A stretch of 64,000 nt of DNA, from NCBI GenBank assembly GCA_030390025.1, contig CM059447.1, positions 9,672,001 through 9,736,000 of the forward strand, written 5' to 3'. Source of the DNA: Squalus acanthias (Eukaryota). Made by a program: the position numbers and the translations under genes. This document shows positions 1-12,949 of the stretch, in pieces. How positions within the stretch are numbered: the first letter of the stretch is position 1; every line of letters begins with the position of its first letter. The notes below the pieces were generated by a model that was not told where the DNA came from, did no database searches, and was given only the letters and a program-made list of their open reading frames with translations.

Positions 1-1771
1 GACAATGAAGCCAACATCATGGTTGATAGAATTACAATTTCATCACAGGAAGTCAGCTGCATAGGTTAGTTATGTGGGACATCATCAAAGCAGAACAGAA
101 ATGGCTGCACATTGTCAGCTATCTGTACTGACAATATCCAACCCTGACTAAAAGGCAGATTTAACAGGTGGTGTTCTTCCTTGTAGAGCTCAACTGTTGA
201 GTTAAGCGTTACTTTATATTTCAACACTCATTAATTAGAAGTCTTATTTTAGTATGAGCAAAACACTTGCAAATTAACCGGGTATACAAGGCTATTGCTT
301 AAAATAAGATTGCACCACACCACTACTATACAGAGAACAGTGACAGCAATGGAGTACTGTTGTACTTCAAAAAAACAAATATGTACACTTAAGATATACT
401 ATCATTGCACATCAGATCTCTATGGATCAGAAGCAGAAAGGGAATAAGATACTTTATTTACATAAAGAAACTGCATATTTTAAAATAAATGAATGCACTA
501 TAGCCAAGACACATGGCCAAGAACATGCAACAGGCCTACAGTAAGAATGTCTGAAATCTATTATCCAGCAAGTGGTTCTGAAATATACTCTAGTCCGTAA
601 GTCATGCCAATAAGAGAAAGGAGTGTTTCATTTTTACTTGTGATGTATTAATTTATACCAGTCCAGCAGCATCCCTTGCTGTAGTTAGTGGAATTACAGT
701 AGTGGAGTATGAATTAGATCTACATCAGTCACAAAACATTAATGAACAAAGCATTATTGAGACACAGTTTGGTAATGTAGGATGGATTGGCAACATAAGG
801 CAGAGCCCAAAATGGTCCTTCAGCAATCTACCCCAAGTCCCAAAGCTTTCCCAATTTACAAGCTTCATCAGCATTTTTAAATGCTTTTCAGGAGAATGAT
901 ATCATAATTTTCCAAAGGTTGATGACATGAAATGGCCTTGTCCCCGTGCAAACAATGGAAATAAGTGCCAAAGTTAGCCTGCAAAATGCATTCCTAGCTC
1001 ATTGCAACATTATACTTGAAGGAAAGTACAGGGGAAATGAGTGATCAACAGACATCCAATCTATTTTCTTGGCATTATTATTCCCCTTCACCCTTTATTG
1101 CCAGCTAAGATTGGTACTTGCCAAGAGCACCACATCTCAACTAGGTAATAAAGAGTGGAGGGGCAAGCTTGTGTCGAACCCCTCTTGGACACACCCTACT
1201 GACTAGTTAAAGACTGGTCTTGGAAGAGGCCAAGAAATATGTTCACTTCTCACTTGGTTAATGGCGCAGGACATAAAAGTAAGAGAGGGGGAAAAAATAA
1301 CTTGCAAAAAAAATACATACTGCAAAACAATTTATAAATTAATAAAGTTATATTGTATTACATGGTCACAGTGAGAAATGTAGCATTTTTAAATCATACA
1401 ATAAATTTAATGCTAGATTTAAGTACCTACATTACATTTCTATAACAAGAAACTCAAGGACAAGAAAAAAGACAGTCAGGCCATCTAATCCAGTCCTTTG
1501 GTGATCACACACAACTTAACCTGAGCTCTACTAAATGTACTTAACCCTGAGGGCAGTAACTAATCACGTGCAAAAATTTGCAAGATGACAAAGCAACACT
1601 TCGGCGATAGTCTGTTAACAAGACACTTATCTGAACTGAAAATACTTTAATGTTAAATTTGTTACTGCTTGAAATGAAAACAGTAATTCAGGATTAGCTT
1701 CACAATTTAGAACTGTAACTGTTAAAAGCCACCACTTCATTTATTTCCAGATGGAAGCAAAGAAACAGACT

Positions 1772-1972
1772 GGGGACAATTTTAACCTAACCCGCCCATC
1801 GGGAAACTGACGGGATTGGGTGCAACACTAGTTTTACACCTCCTCCCCCACCCCCCCCCCATTTTACTCGCCATTGAAGCCAATAGTGTGTAATATTGGG
1901 CAGGGTGTAAAACCTGCTTTCCACCTGATCCCATGGGTTTCCCGCCCAGTGAGTTAGGTTCAAATTACCCCC
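1772..1972. mobile_element. Short MITE (Harbinger-like termini)
   Basis: Left end GGGGACAATTTTAACCTAAC; reverse complement of right end GGGGGTAATTTGAACCTAAC; internally palindromic. Confidence 0.7.
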
Positions 1973-3673
1973 AAAATGACTGAAATATTCCATCCTACAA
2001 AAAAAAGTGCCCAAAAGCAAACCTTAAAAGAATTATACATTGTTTCAAGTAGTAGTAAATATTGAGCCTTATGTAAAAATAATTTTGTTTTAAAATGGAG
2101 GTTTGTCAAACTACACACTGAATCAGTGTTCTAAAAAGGCACATGCACCTGCACAATAAGAGGTAGCTTTTCCCTCAGTGCTCAGCATTAGGCTGCCCAC
2201 AGACAGACACTACAATCATGCACAAGCTGCAGGACAAACATCATTGCAACCAAACCAGAAAAGCTCAATGACTGGCAGCAGCACCATCCACTCATAAGCA
2301 GACAGCAATTCACATCACAGGATATTCAACACCAGTCATAAAAAGATTCTGGAATCATTGTTCTCTTATATGATAATGGAATTATTCTTAGCACTGACTT
2401 TTTTGTAAAATGTTGGTAGTCGTTTTACCAATAGCAGAATTCATAGCATTTGCAACTCACACACACACACCTTTTTCCATTTATATATGTTGAGTTGAAC
2501 TCTTATCTTTAAAAAAAACCCACACTTCCCTCATCCTTCCTGAAAGTACAAAAACTGTAGTAAAATATTGACATGCTCATCAGATTCACACCTGCAAGCC
2601 AATATTTGTAAGCACCATGCCAGAGTTAACTTGTTACAAACAGAAAACATTTTATAACGATTTTCCTTGGTATGATCTTCATTTACATTGAACAAGTAAA
2701 GGTAATCAGTTACAACTTTCTCAAAACCACTAGACTGCAAATGAACCATTTCATTTCAACTGTGCATGTTGTAGATAACATTTAAAGAACCCCATGTGCA
2801 TGCGAGTTTGTAAACACTTCACAATACCTGCAGCAACAAAACTCGTGGGCCAAATCTAAAATGCAATTAGGCCAGATCACAGGATATTTCTGCCATTATC
2901 CCACCAGAATAATGTTCACTTTACTTAGCAGCTAATAATGTACGACATAAACTTTATAATTCTTGTTTCTGCAATTGTGCATCAGATTATCAGAGCTTCA
3001 CTGGTGTGAACAAAATATAAATGGCAATAGTTCTCATCTCATTACAGGTACAAGAGCAAAGAGTTCCATACCGTGAATGTAAAAGGAGCTTTAATCCGCC
3101 TTTAGATAGCAAGAGAAAAATATCACAATGATTATGATCTACGTTATCTGATCATTAGATATGATGGCTCTGGAAAACCTTCCACGATGCAAGTTATTGC
3201 ATATAGCTGTAGTTGCATCTTGTCTGTATCAGGATCTTTCAACCCAAACTCCTCTCAACTTGCTTTGCAGCAAAACAACATGCCACTCAGTGTTGACCGT
3301 AACCAGTTGATCATTCCAGTTTTCAAGTGTGCACTGAATGAGCTGAAAACATTGTTTTCATAGTTCCTTTCAAGTTATTCTGTTTACATTAAATAATTTA
3401 TAATGTAGAGCACAGCTTTTCAAACTAGGGTCACTAAACCTCACGGGGTCCATTAGGAGATCCCAGGGGGTCCCGAGGTAATGGGTTAGTATACTAATAA
3501 AGACATTTTCTGCAATTATAGAACAGGCTCCCTTTGGTAGCTCACACAGTCCTTTGGAAATTAAAATAAGGGGTCTCCAGGAATGTATTAACATTTGCAC
3601 GAGAACACACACACACCCTGGAGTTAATTTCATCTGAAACCCATACTAACTTGTTGCACAGGTTTTTTTAAAA

Positions 3674-3968
3674 AAAGCTTGCATTTATACAGCATTTTTC
3701 ATGACCTCAGGACATCCCAAAGCACTTTACAGCCAATGAAATATTTTTTGAAGTGCAGTCACTGTTGTAATAGAAGAAACGCGGTAGCCAATTTGCACAC
3801 AGCAAGGTCCCACGAACAGCAATGTGGTCATGACCAGATAAACTGTTTTTTCCGTGATGTCGGTTGAGGGATAAATATTGGCCAGGACACTGGGGAGCAC
3901 TCCCCTGGTCTTCTACATCCATCTGAGAGGCAGGCAGAGCCTTGGTTTAACATCTCATCCTGGAAAGA
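3674..3968 (-). mobile_element. DeuSINE/SacSINE1-like SINE, 3' part
   Basis: Reverse complement matches the copy at 36748-37196 (aaattggct.ccgcgtttc, attggctg.aaag.gctttggga, ataaatgcaag tail). Confidence 0.8.
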
Positions 3969-5379
3969 AAAAAAGCCCACGCCTTCTAGCCTTATGCAGG
4001 TGATGCCATTTATCCAGGAACCCTCTCCTTGCCCATATTCACTGCTGCAGTGGGAACGACTGAAGAAATAAACCATTACTTTCCAAACTCTATTTATTCA
4101 GATGGTCCCTACACAGCAGCCACGCTGGATAGGAAGAGGAGCAGTGGGACTGTAGACAAGCTATAGCAGAGTAGAAAAGATTGGGAACGTGAAGGCCATT
4201 CCCTCCCCAACACTCAGGCTGAAAAATTAGTCACCAGTACAAGAAAGAATTTTTTTGAGCTTACAGGAACAGATTCTTTATGCAAATTTTACTATCCTTT
4301 TAAAAATTAAAACATGACACTCAAAACTATTCTCACGATGATGTACTGACAGCAGAAAATTGGGCTGGGTTTGAATTGGCCACTGGTGCTGATGTACAAT
4401 CAATCCTTTGCAACATAAATGGCAATAATATTCTAATCGGACAGTCAGTAACTTGTGCGTTAGAGTCTCTCATTCTTCTTCATCATCACTTTATGCTTTA
4501 AAACGGAGAGTTAGAGGCAGCCTATAGCAGAACTTTTTGCCTAGAACTACCATACTGTGATGAGGTGTTTCACTCTACTGACACCATGAACAGGCTTTGG
4601 GCTGAACCCCCCATTCATAAATGACCCGAGACAGGAACTTCATGGTCACAGAAGTAGTTTTACACATAGTATCTATTATTAGGCTGCTTCTAGCTAGTGC
4701 TTTAAAAATACAAAACACAGCAACTAAGGTCAATGATACCAAATAAATAGATACTTGATTTTGTGACAATTAGCATTATGGCAATTCAGTACAATACACA
4801 TTCCCTTTAATTACAACCTTCTATATCAAATGAAAATATATAACCAATCATGGAAATAGATGTTTAAAAAATCTGTTTTTTTAACTACCCTTTCAGCTAA
4901 TACAGGCACAATAACTATACTCTTGTCTTGAAGTATTACACATTCTTTTTTACAATGCCAATAAAGGTTCCTGGGAAAATTGCTGCTGAGGGACTCTAAA
5001 TTGAACATCTTTTCAGTCTACCATCCACCCAATATTTTTTCACTGTATCCTATAGATGGGCTTGCTAATCAATGGAAAAAGCATGGGCTTGTTGAACATG
5101 TTCCTCTGAAACATTTAACCCCACACTTTTGAGGCCGGTCAAGTCTGGCAAAGTGCACTTCATCCATCACTTCCAAACTAAACAGGACTGGTGTATAAAC
5201 CAAACTGAACTCTAAAGTTTTGCAATTTATAACTCAACTCCATAACCAAACATACAAGCTGCAATCAAGTCATAATTCAGAGACTTTGAAGGCTATTTGC
5301 TATGGGCTGCCAATACATTCCATTGAAAAGTCCTGTTGCCCCTTTTCTGTGACGCTAGTAGGACTATTTTGATTAGGAC

Positions 5380-5830
5380 CAATAGGGTGACACTGGGCAC
5401 CCAGTGCCACCATGACAAAGACAGCACTATAAGTGCCTCCCTCAAGAGAAAGGCATCACTAATATACAATTACAGATGCCCCAATCAAACCAAGAAATGG
5501 ACAAATTAAAATAGATGCAAATCGTAATCATGTTTTCCTTATCAATGATACGGTTAATGTCCTGCAGTGCCCATCAGTCACGGAAGGCCTCAAGCTACTG
5601 GTGGACACCACATGATCCCTCTCCAGGGCCACCAAGGCATCCACAAGGCCGTGGAAGAGAGACAAGCAGGCAGAACGACCTTCCCTGTGTATCCTACGCA
5701 TCATGGACCCATGAATGATGGTTTTGGCCAGGTCCAGGAGCAAACCCACAGGGGTGTCCTCAAATTGCTTGCCCTCTTGCGTACTTGGTGACCCAAGATC
5801 CAGAATGGCGAACTGAAGTTTCACCAAAAA
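5380..5830 (-). mobile_element. Tx1/L1-clade LINE 3' remnant
   Basis: ORF 5528-5869 peptide VGLLLDLAKTIIH...CLSLFHGLVDALVALERDHVVST resembles the C-terminus of Tx1-type ORF2. Downstream hairpins, e.g. 5386-5411. Confidence 0.6.
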
Positions 5831-7399
5831 CTGAGGCGCACTTTTCCTTTGGTCACAAAATACAAGCACGACACATATAATTAATAAATGAGTTACGCAA
5901 ACTGAGTAAAAGGATCATTTTACAATATGTATTCACAGGTTATAGTCAAACAGGAATAGTTCTGATTATTGCACAAGATTTTTAAAAAGTGTTAAAAAAA
6001 AAATATGAAACATGGACTAGTCAGTTTCCTGAACGATAATATACTGAAGTGTTGCAACACCTAAAAAACTCTCTTCCTGCAAGCGGTCACTCTTACAAAA
6101 TGGATCTCCCTCTTCTTCCTGCTTTGTGATGCAAGCCGCACAGCAAAACACGAGAACCATAAAGGGTGTTGGCGGGGCTGAGAAGCTTTAGGAAGATCTT
6201 CCCCCTCCAATTTTCTTTCCCAATTTCATGAACGTGCTTTCACTTGGGTATGATCCCACAGATCTCAGCAGTCCTCTGGTACATTAGGTTCACTCGTGTA
6301 CAATGAGTGAACAATGAACACCAACCGTCTAATTTGCTATGGATGGCATCACCAATAAGCCCAATCTCAGGTGCACATCTCAGTTTCACTTTCATGAACC
6401 ACTCAAATGACATCACCTTGACCCCTCGTGTGTGTTACAGTCACAACACAGATTATGTAGGATGTTGAAAATCCTGTTAACATATTAACAAAAAGGCCGT
6501 CTCACATTCTCTTCTCGCCACTTGATGCACTGAACCTGGACAAGACTTGTCACCTTATCTACCTCTGCGACACCACTTCTCAGCACCTCAACAAAACTGA
6601 GCAACAACAGAAGATTGGAAATATAAGCACAGTTCCAGTATGGTAATAAAACATAACTCAAGAGGGGAAATAAACCAGACTGCAAAACATGATTTTAGTA
6701 GCAAAACATATGGCAAAAGCTTGCTCAACCTGAAAAAATATATAACCAAAATGGAATAGAACATTATGCACAATGTACTCTAAAATTACCCTATAATTCA
6801 AAATTTTAGCACTAAATTTACACATTGCTGCATCATTTACATTCCTTAGTTCAAATTATTGGATAATTCAGTTTTTTGTGCAAAATGCTAATTCAAATTA
6901 TCAGCAGTAGACAGGAGTACGTGACATGCTCCTTGACAGCTAGAACAGAACCTTGGGATAATGATTTTATAATCACTCGAAGTTGACGCTCATGGCTAGA
7001 TGTCACTGGCGACCGTTGTCTGCCCCACTGCTTTGCAGCACACTCACTGCCAACAGTTATTCAGACCACTTGAGAGAAAGCAAAAGTTTGCACCGAACAC
7101 ATGTTCCACGAGTTGCTGGTCACTGAATTCCATGTAATTGTGCGACGGTGCTTTTCTTGGGGTTACTACGAAAAATAACATTGGGGAAAAAAAATACATT
7201 TCTGGACTCCCCTCCTCGCACCAGACTTCGTGACAGGCATTTATTTACGCAGCAGAGGGTATCGCCATGACAATAACATCTGCAAAAAAAGTACTGATTA
7301 AAAATACAGAGACAAGTTTTCAAAGTCTCTGCCACTGACTGTCACGTGTTAAATTGAAGGGAGTTGCATGTGTGTCCAGTGAAGCGTGGTTGGAGGCAG

Positions 7400-8060
7400 C
7401 GTGGTGTGGGGACTGGACACTGCAGCTCCCAGGATGAGGGAGCGGGACGGGATTTCCCCTTTTACACTGCAACATTGTTACAGCGCGGGGAGGGGGGCTT
7501 CCCCGCCCCACTGAGCAAGAACTGGGGTGGGTGGGGAGATAAAAAAGGTGCAATCCAGTTTTTGCAGCCCGCAATCCAGTGTGCAACCTTGCCCATCTCG
7601 ATTGCACACGCCCCATCTAATCTGCACGGATTGTGGCACTGACCGTAGTTGTCGTCCTCCTCCATGGCTGAGAGTTGTCCTGCTCCTGCCGCACCGGTCA
7701 CCAGCTGACTGGGGCTCCCTCGCGCTCCGGGACTCAACTCTGCTCGGCTCGAGCGGACCAGCCACCCGCCCTGACGTCAGCGCCCAGCCCCCGGGGGAGG
7801 GGGGCGTGGCCACGGCTGGCGGTCACATGACCTGGCAGCTGCTCGCTGACAAGCAGCTGCTCGAGTTCCACCTGCCCCAGGCTCGCCCAAGGTCACGCTG
7901 CTGTTTGCAGTGCCGCTGCTGTCAATAAATCAAACACACACACACACCCCCTCCCTCCTTCCCTCCCTCCAACACAGCGGCATGCGCATCAAAAAATCAG
8001 ACAAGTTTGCCACATTCTGCGCACAATCTGATCGTCGCCCCCTCCCCCCCCCGTGACGTC
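7400..8060. promoter_or_regulatory. CpG-island-like promoter and 5'UTR of CYTH1
   Basis: GC/CpG-rich relative to flanks. CRE TGACGTCA 7772-7779, GC box GGGGCGTGGC 7801-7810, E-box GTCACATGAC 7822-7831, NRF1-like GCATGCGCA ~7980-7988, second CRE-like TGACGTC ~8054. Confidence 0.75.
7644..7665 (-). CDS. CYTH1: Cytohesin-1 first coding exon (MEEDDNY + phase-1 G); the rest of the gene lies beyond position 1
   Basis: Minus strand reads GCC ATG GAG GAG GAC GAC AAC TAC G|GTCAGT, with a good Kozak context and a GT donor. This matches the N-terminus of vertebrate cytohesin-1 (MEEDDSYV). It lies in a CpG-rich region downstream of USP36, as in human. Confidence 0.9.
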
Positions 8061-8186
8061 CATTGCAAAATCTGCTGGGCTTGCGTTCTGCAAAGTCGAC
8101 TCAGAACATTGGGATTATACAAAACAACCATTTTACAGCAATAGCAAAATTGCACCATGTCAATTAAAAAAAAAATTCATTGATTT

Positions 8187-8200
8187 CCACTAGAGGGCGA
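8187..8200 (+). promoter_or_regulatory. CTCF-like core motif
   Basis: CCACTAGAGGGCG matches the CCASYAGRKGGCR consensus. Confidence 0.55.
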
Positions 8201-8584
8201 GTTTGCTGGCCCTAGCTGGTTGTAAAACTACCTGTACAGCTGATGGTCTGTCAACCAAGGAAAGAGCGTTTTGTGCTGAATTGTTCAACTTTTTCCAGCA
8301 GAGTTGAACAGATTATTTTTATTTTTTATTAAAAAATGGGGGGGGGGGAAAACAGTAAAATTAGGTGGTGGGCTGCCACTTCACCTCTGGGGATTCTCTA
8401 TACTCTGCCCCCAACAACATGCCCTAGCCTCAAACTAAAGAAAAGCCACTCCTGCTGCACCCATGTGACAGGTTTTTATTTTATTTTCCATACCAGTTAT
8501 CTCGTGTCACTGGGGGCAGCTTTGTGCGGCAAGCCCATGCCCAGTAGAAACTGGATTGAAGTTGCCTAAAATATTTCAGACTTT

Positions 8585-8954
8585 GGGTGGGAATTCCAGA
8601 TCTCAAGAATTCCCAGTGTACAGAGCAGCACTGGGGAGGGGGCAGAAGAAAAACCCAATCTGGGTTGATTTGAATCCAGATCTCGGAGGTACAAAGGCCA
8701 GTGTTGCACCCACTGCGCCACCCAGTTCCCCACTGGCACTGCTCTTCCCTAAAACTCCTCCAAGCCAATACTGGACCCTCTTCCCTCTCCCCCCTGTTCC
8801 CCGCACTATTGCTCCCAGCTTCTCCCCTCAGTGCCACTCGGGAGCTCCTACAAGAAATTCAACATCGCTGCACTTCGTCCATCACTTCCCAATTCAATAG
8901 GACATCGCTGCACACTTTGGGTCAGAATTCCTGATCCCACGAGAATTCCTACCC
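8585..8954. mobile_element. MITE-like element with GGGTGGGAATTC / GAATTCCTACCC termini
   Basis: Imperfect terminal inverted repeats around a GC-rich interior. Confidence 0.5.
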
Positions 8955-11099
8955 ACAGTCTGCAGCGGTGTTCAACCTCTTAGCACAGCAACAGGTGGTA
9001 GGAACCCCAGAGCGGAATTTGGGAGGTGGTGGACGAGGAGCCCAGTCTAAGCTGATTTTTGTCCATGACCATGGAGAGCGCACCCAAACAACGTCAGCAT
9101 CAAATGCAGATGGTTGATATGCAAGTGGTATTCATAACAGTCGTGAAAATCCTCCATTAAAGCTAGCAAGTTCAAAGTCTCAATAGAACACTTACACTAT
9201 TATGATGAATGGACAATAAGCGCACCTCCATAGCAATCTCATTTCCTCTTGCTGAGAAGTGAGAAAACTGGTAGTCAAAATTGGTTTGGCAATCAACAGG
9301 GAGAAGAATATTTCTCAGAACCATAAAGATTTGATAGAACAAAGTCCTAATGAAAGTCAAATACCTCTGCTAACAAATGTTATCGACCAAAAACAATGTA
9401 AACGAACACCAGTTGAAAGAATAAAAAGTTAATAAACGTAGTAGTATCTCGCTTTACTGTAGTATGTTCGATTATTAGTGAAGGACTGCCATTGATTTAT
9501 ACATTTTCTGCTATAATGTTTTTTTATTGATTATTGGGTACTGTATAGTGACAATCCATTTAGAAATGTTACATCTCTGGACAGTCTGACAATATGAAGC
9601 TTTAACATGCTGTGCTATGCAATGATAGTGCAGGATATTTTGTTCAAAATTCTCCAAGTGGCAGGCCCCCAATCTCTGCCAGAACATTGGAGAAAGACAC
9701 CAAATTTACCATATGGGGCGGGGGAAACAAAACCACAGAGGCCAAATCAATCTATATTACATTCATGATCATCCTGATGAATCTTTGCATGGTACTATCA
9801 GCAGAAGACAATGAAGCGGTCACCTACCCACCCTTCCGTTGGGGATTGGAGGGTAGGAGAAGAAGGGGGAAATAAAAAGCAGAGTATGGGACTTGTTCAG
9901 ACTTATGTTTCCCCATAGGTCAAGTTCCCAGTCTCAATAATCTCCAAGTGGATGGAAGAGAAAATTAAAAAGCCAGTCATACCTTGTCCCTTACACTCTT
10001 CAAGTGCCATTCTGCAGAGTGGCATGTGGAGACTTCTGGAGGGAAAATAGGGAAAGAAAATAAAATACCATATAACAACTGTAAATCTTTAAATGACACA
10101 TTGGAGTAAAGTTGAAAATGTAACAAATATGAATAGTATTCATGATATCTATAGTAAAAAAAAGTGGATTATTAATGGTGATTCATCGTAATTGATATTT
10201 TACTTGTCATTAATCTAGTAATTCACAATATGATATCTAGTTATGGAAACAGTTATATGGCAGGGAAGAAGTCTTGACAATGGATCAGAAATACGATTGG
10301 TACCATGTATATTTGCAGACATGTCCAGTTCTGAACATTGGACTCATGCTGTAGTTGTGAGCCACTTTCTCCAAGTACCTTATAAAGTATTCATGTCTTG
10401 TATTATTAGATCAGTAATGACATGCTATTATGGCAGATGAAACAAATCATTGCCAGACATTATTGGTTTTGAACTGAAGCAAGATGATAATTGAAGTTTC
10501 TCTGGCCTACATTGATTTTTATGGTAGTTCATATCTCGAAGGAAGTGCTGTATTGTTGATGTCTTGTAGTGTGCAGGCAATGAAGCATATGCAATACAGC
10601 ACAATCACTCAACAGAAAATATCTGGGTAATAAACCATCCTTAACTTTTTAAAAGGTTAATCTCACTGCTCTCAAGTGCTATTACTGTAATATTACAGCA
10701 TACCAGTTTCAGATTTATGACTGTTGAACCATAAAATAAGCATGCCTAAGCACTCCAGTAGAATTTTATTTCGATTGTTCTATACAACTTTAACAATGTA
10801 TATTCCATATATACGCATATAGAAAAATACATTATAATACACCTTAAATCAGAATATCATAGCAAGCAAAACATGTTGAGAACACACTACAGTTCTCAAA
10901 AACTTACAGCATATGCCCCACTGGCAAGCACCATTTTCATGTAACCTATGAGAACAATCCCATCATTCAAAAACATCTCCTGCATCCAGCCTAATCCAAA
11001 GTTCGATGGCGTGTCGGTCAAATCCCCTCCCTCAAGTTTGACACTAGTTCTCTCTCCCATGACTCCTGGACTTTCGTGGGAAATTTTTGCTCAGAGACA

Positions 11100-11930
11100 T
11101 CCAAGTCAAATCAAAGAGACACATGACAGCACCCAGTGAGGGATATTCCTTCTCTTCAGGAGTGATGATCATCAGCCTTCGAACACTGCACGATTGAGAC
11201 TCAATACCTCCATCAATGTATCATGGCGCTCTACTGTGCTACCTTAATGCTTCTTTCTACAATGTGCATTCAGTTTTAACAGTGTTTCCACCAATGCTAG
11301 GCAACCAGATCGGATAATATATCGTCATTCATCTATCTTCCATACAAGTCTCAAAATAATTTCAATCCCAATAAAAAAGTGGTGCGACTATCTCGACTTC
11401 TTGGGATCCAGTTTCAAAATTAAATTAGGCCAATCAAGTCCTAAGCACAGCAATGCAATACCGCAAGAATTTTTGTAACCAGACCAATTTGCTAAGTGCA
11501 GACAATCACAACCTTCCAAGAATGCACTCAATTTATCATCTACGCCTCAAGGTGTTGAAGCACTTCCATAGTTCACCATCAATGCCCGAGAGATACCATA
11601 AGGCCCTTTATACCCTCAACCTTGCAGGTATTTCTTCACTTACATCATTACCGGTTTCCGCCTCACTGAAAACTTTACTTGGTATGCAATTGATTTGGTT
11701 CATACCGGTTATCACCCCCATTATGGTATACATGCGAACATCTGGGTTTTACTGCATCTCATGCCAGCTGGAGGTCATTTAAAAAAAGGATTAAACAGTC
11801 CATAACGTCAGAGTGAATTGAGCCACAGGCGGTGGACTCCCAAATCTGTACCCTCTCATCCCTTAAAAGGAGGAAGCTTTGAAACGCTTGCACAATGAGG
11901 CACTAGAGGAAGTCAGAGAAGGGGGGGGGG
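11100..11930 (+). mobile_element. Highly degenerate PIF/Harbinger transposase-like relic
   Basis: Colinear decayed motifs: HKALYTLNL (~RKGFHSLNV), LLG...ITPI (~LLGD..MTPL), LKKRI (~LKQRF), GGG (~SGG.LQY), RLHNEAL (~MLHNLAL). Confidence 0.4.
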
Positions 11931-12949
11931 GGTGGGGTGTTGGAGATCAGGAGCTAGTTATTGCTTCATTAGGACATTAACTGCTTCTCATCCATCTCAT
12001 CACGTCGCACCAACATTATCGGTTAGTAAATTAGATCCTGACATCCTCCTCTCACTATTTCTCTTCAAAGTAGCATGTGAACTTTTTTTCCAATCAACCT
12101 CTCTTCCTTCTTCCCCCTCCAGCTGTGCCTCACAAATTGCACGAAACAATTGGAACAGAAGACCCATCTGCCTCCACATCTGCCTCCACGTGCAGCAGTG
12201 ACACTGGAAATCCAGGCGTGCAAAAAAAAGTGGGCAGTGATCAGATGCGACAGATCTCCTCTCAACTTCACCTGCCTGAATACCACCAGAAAGTCACACA
12301 TTAAACAAAAGAAAATTGTGCCATGTGTCCAAGATGAACTAATGTAGGGGGAGCAGCAAACTGCGTTTTGCTTGTGCCAGAGAGGGTCTGATGAAAAATA
12401 TTCCATTTCCTAATAAGGAAGAAAAGGACTTTGGGACATTAACATGGTGAAGCAGTGGAACTCCCATGAAGTCCAACATTAAAATTCTAAAACTCGGAGG
12501 CTCTTGTTCTCTTGGCTGAAGTTTAACCAAAGTTCCCATGCATCTCGGAAGTAATCTTCTATACAAAGACATTTCAATAGTGCAAAACACTCAACAGATT
12601 AATTTAATTATGCAGGTGCTACACAAATTCTATTCGAAAAGATCTTTGAACAGCTAATTTTCAACTGTGTATGCAAATTCATCTTTTTTTGCAGTTAAAA
12701 GGTTTTAACCACAGCAGGTGTGCATGCACGTCAGAAAATATTTGAATGTTCAAAGCTCATGCATGCAAAATGCTGGTGTAATACCACAAAGGATCTTGAG
12801 AAATTTGTCCTTGCAATCAAGTATAGACAGAATTAATTCTCTCATTTGTAATTGAAGAATGAACCAATAGGAGTTCGAAGCTGGTATCTAATAGTTGAGC
12901 TAACAATCCTCAAGTTTGTTATTGTATAGATATTACAGTTCAAATGAAT

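Noticed and set aside
5528-5869. 113-aa ORF as a possible CYTH1 exon or separate gene
   Set aside because: No cytohesin similarity; it resembles the C-terminus of a Tx1/L1 ORF2.
7364-7928. Several long overlapping ORFs at the CYTH1 promoter
   Set aside because: Explained by high GC content; only the 22-nt MEEDDNY exon has homology support.
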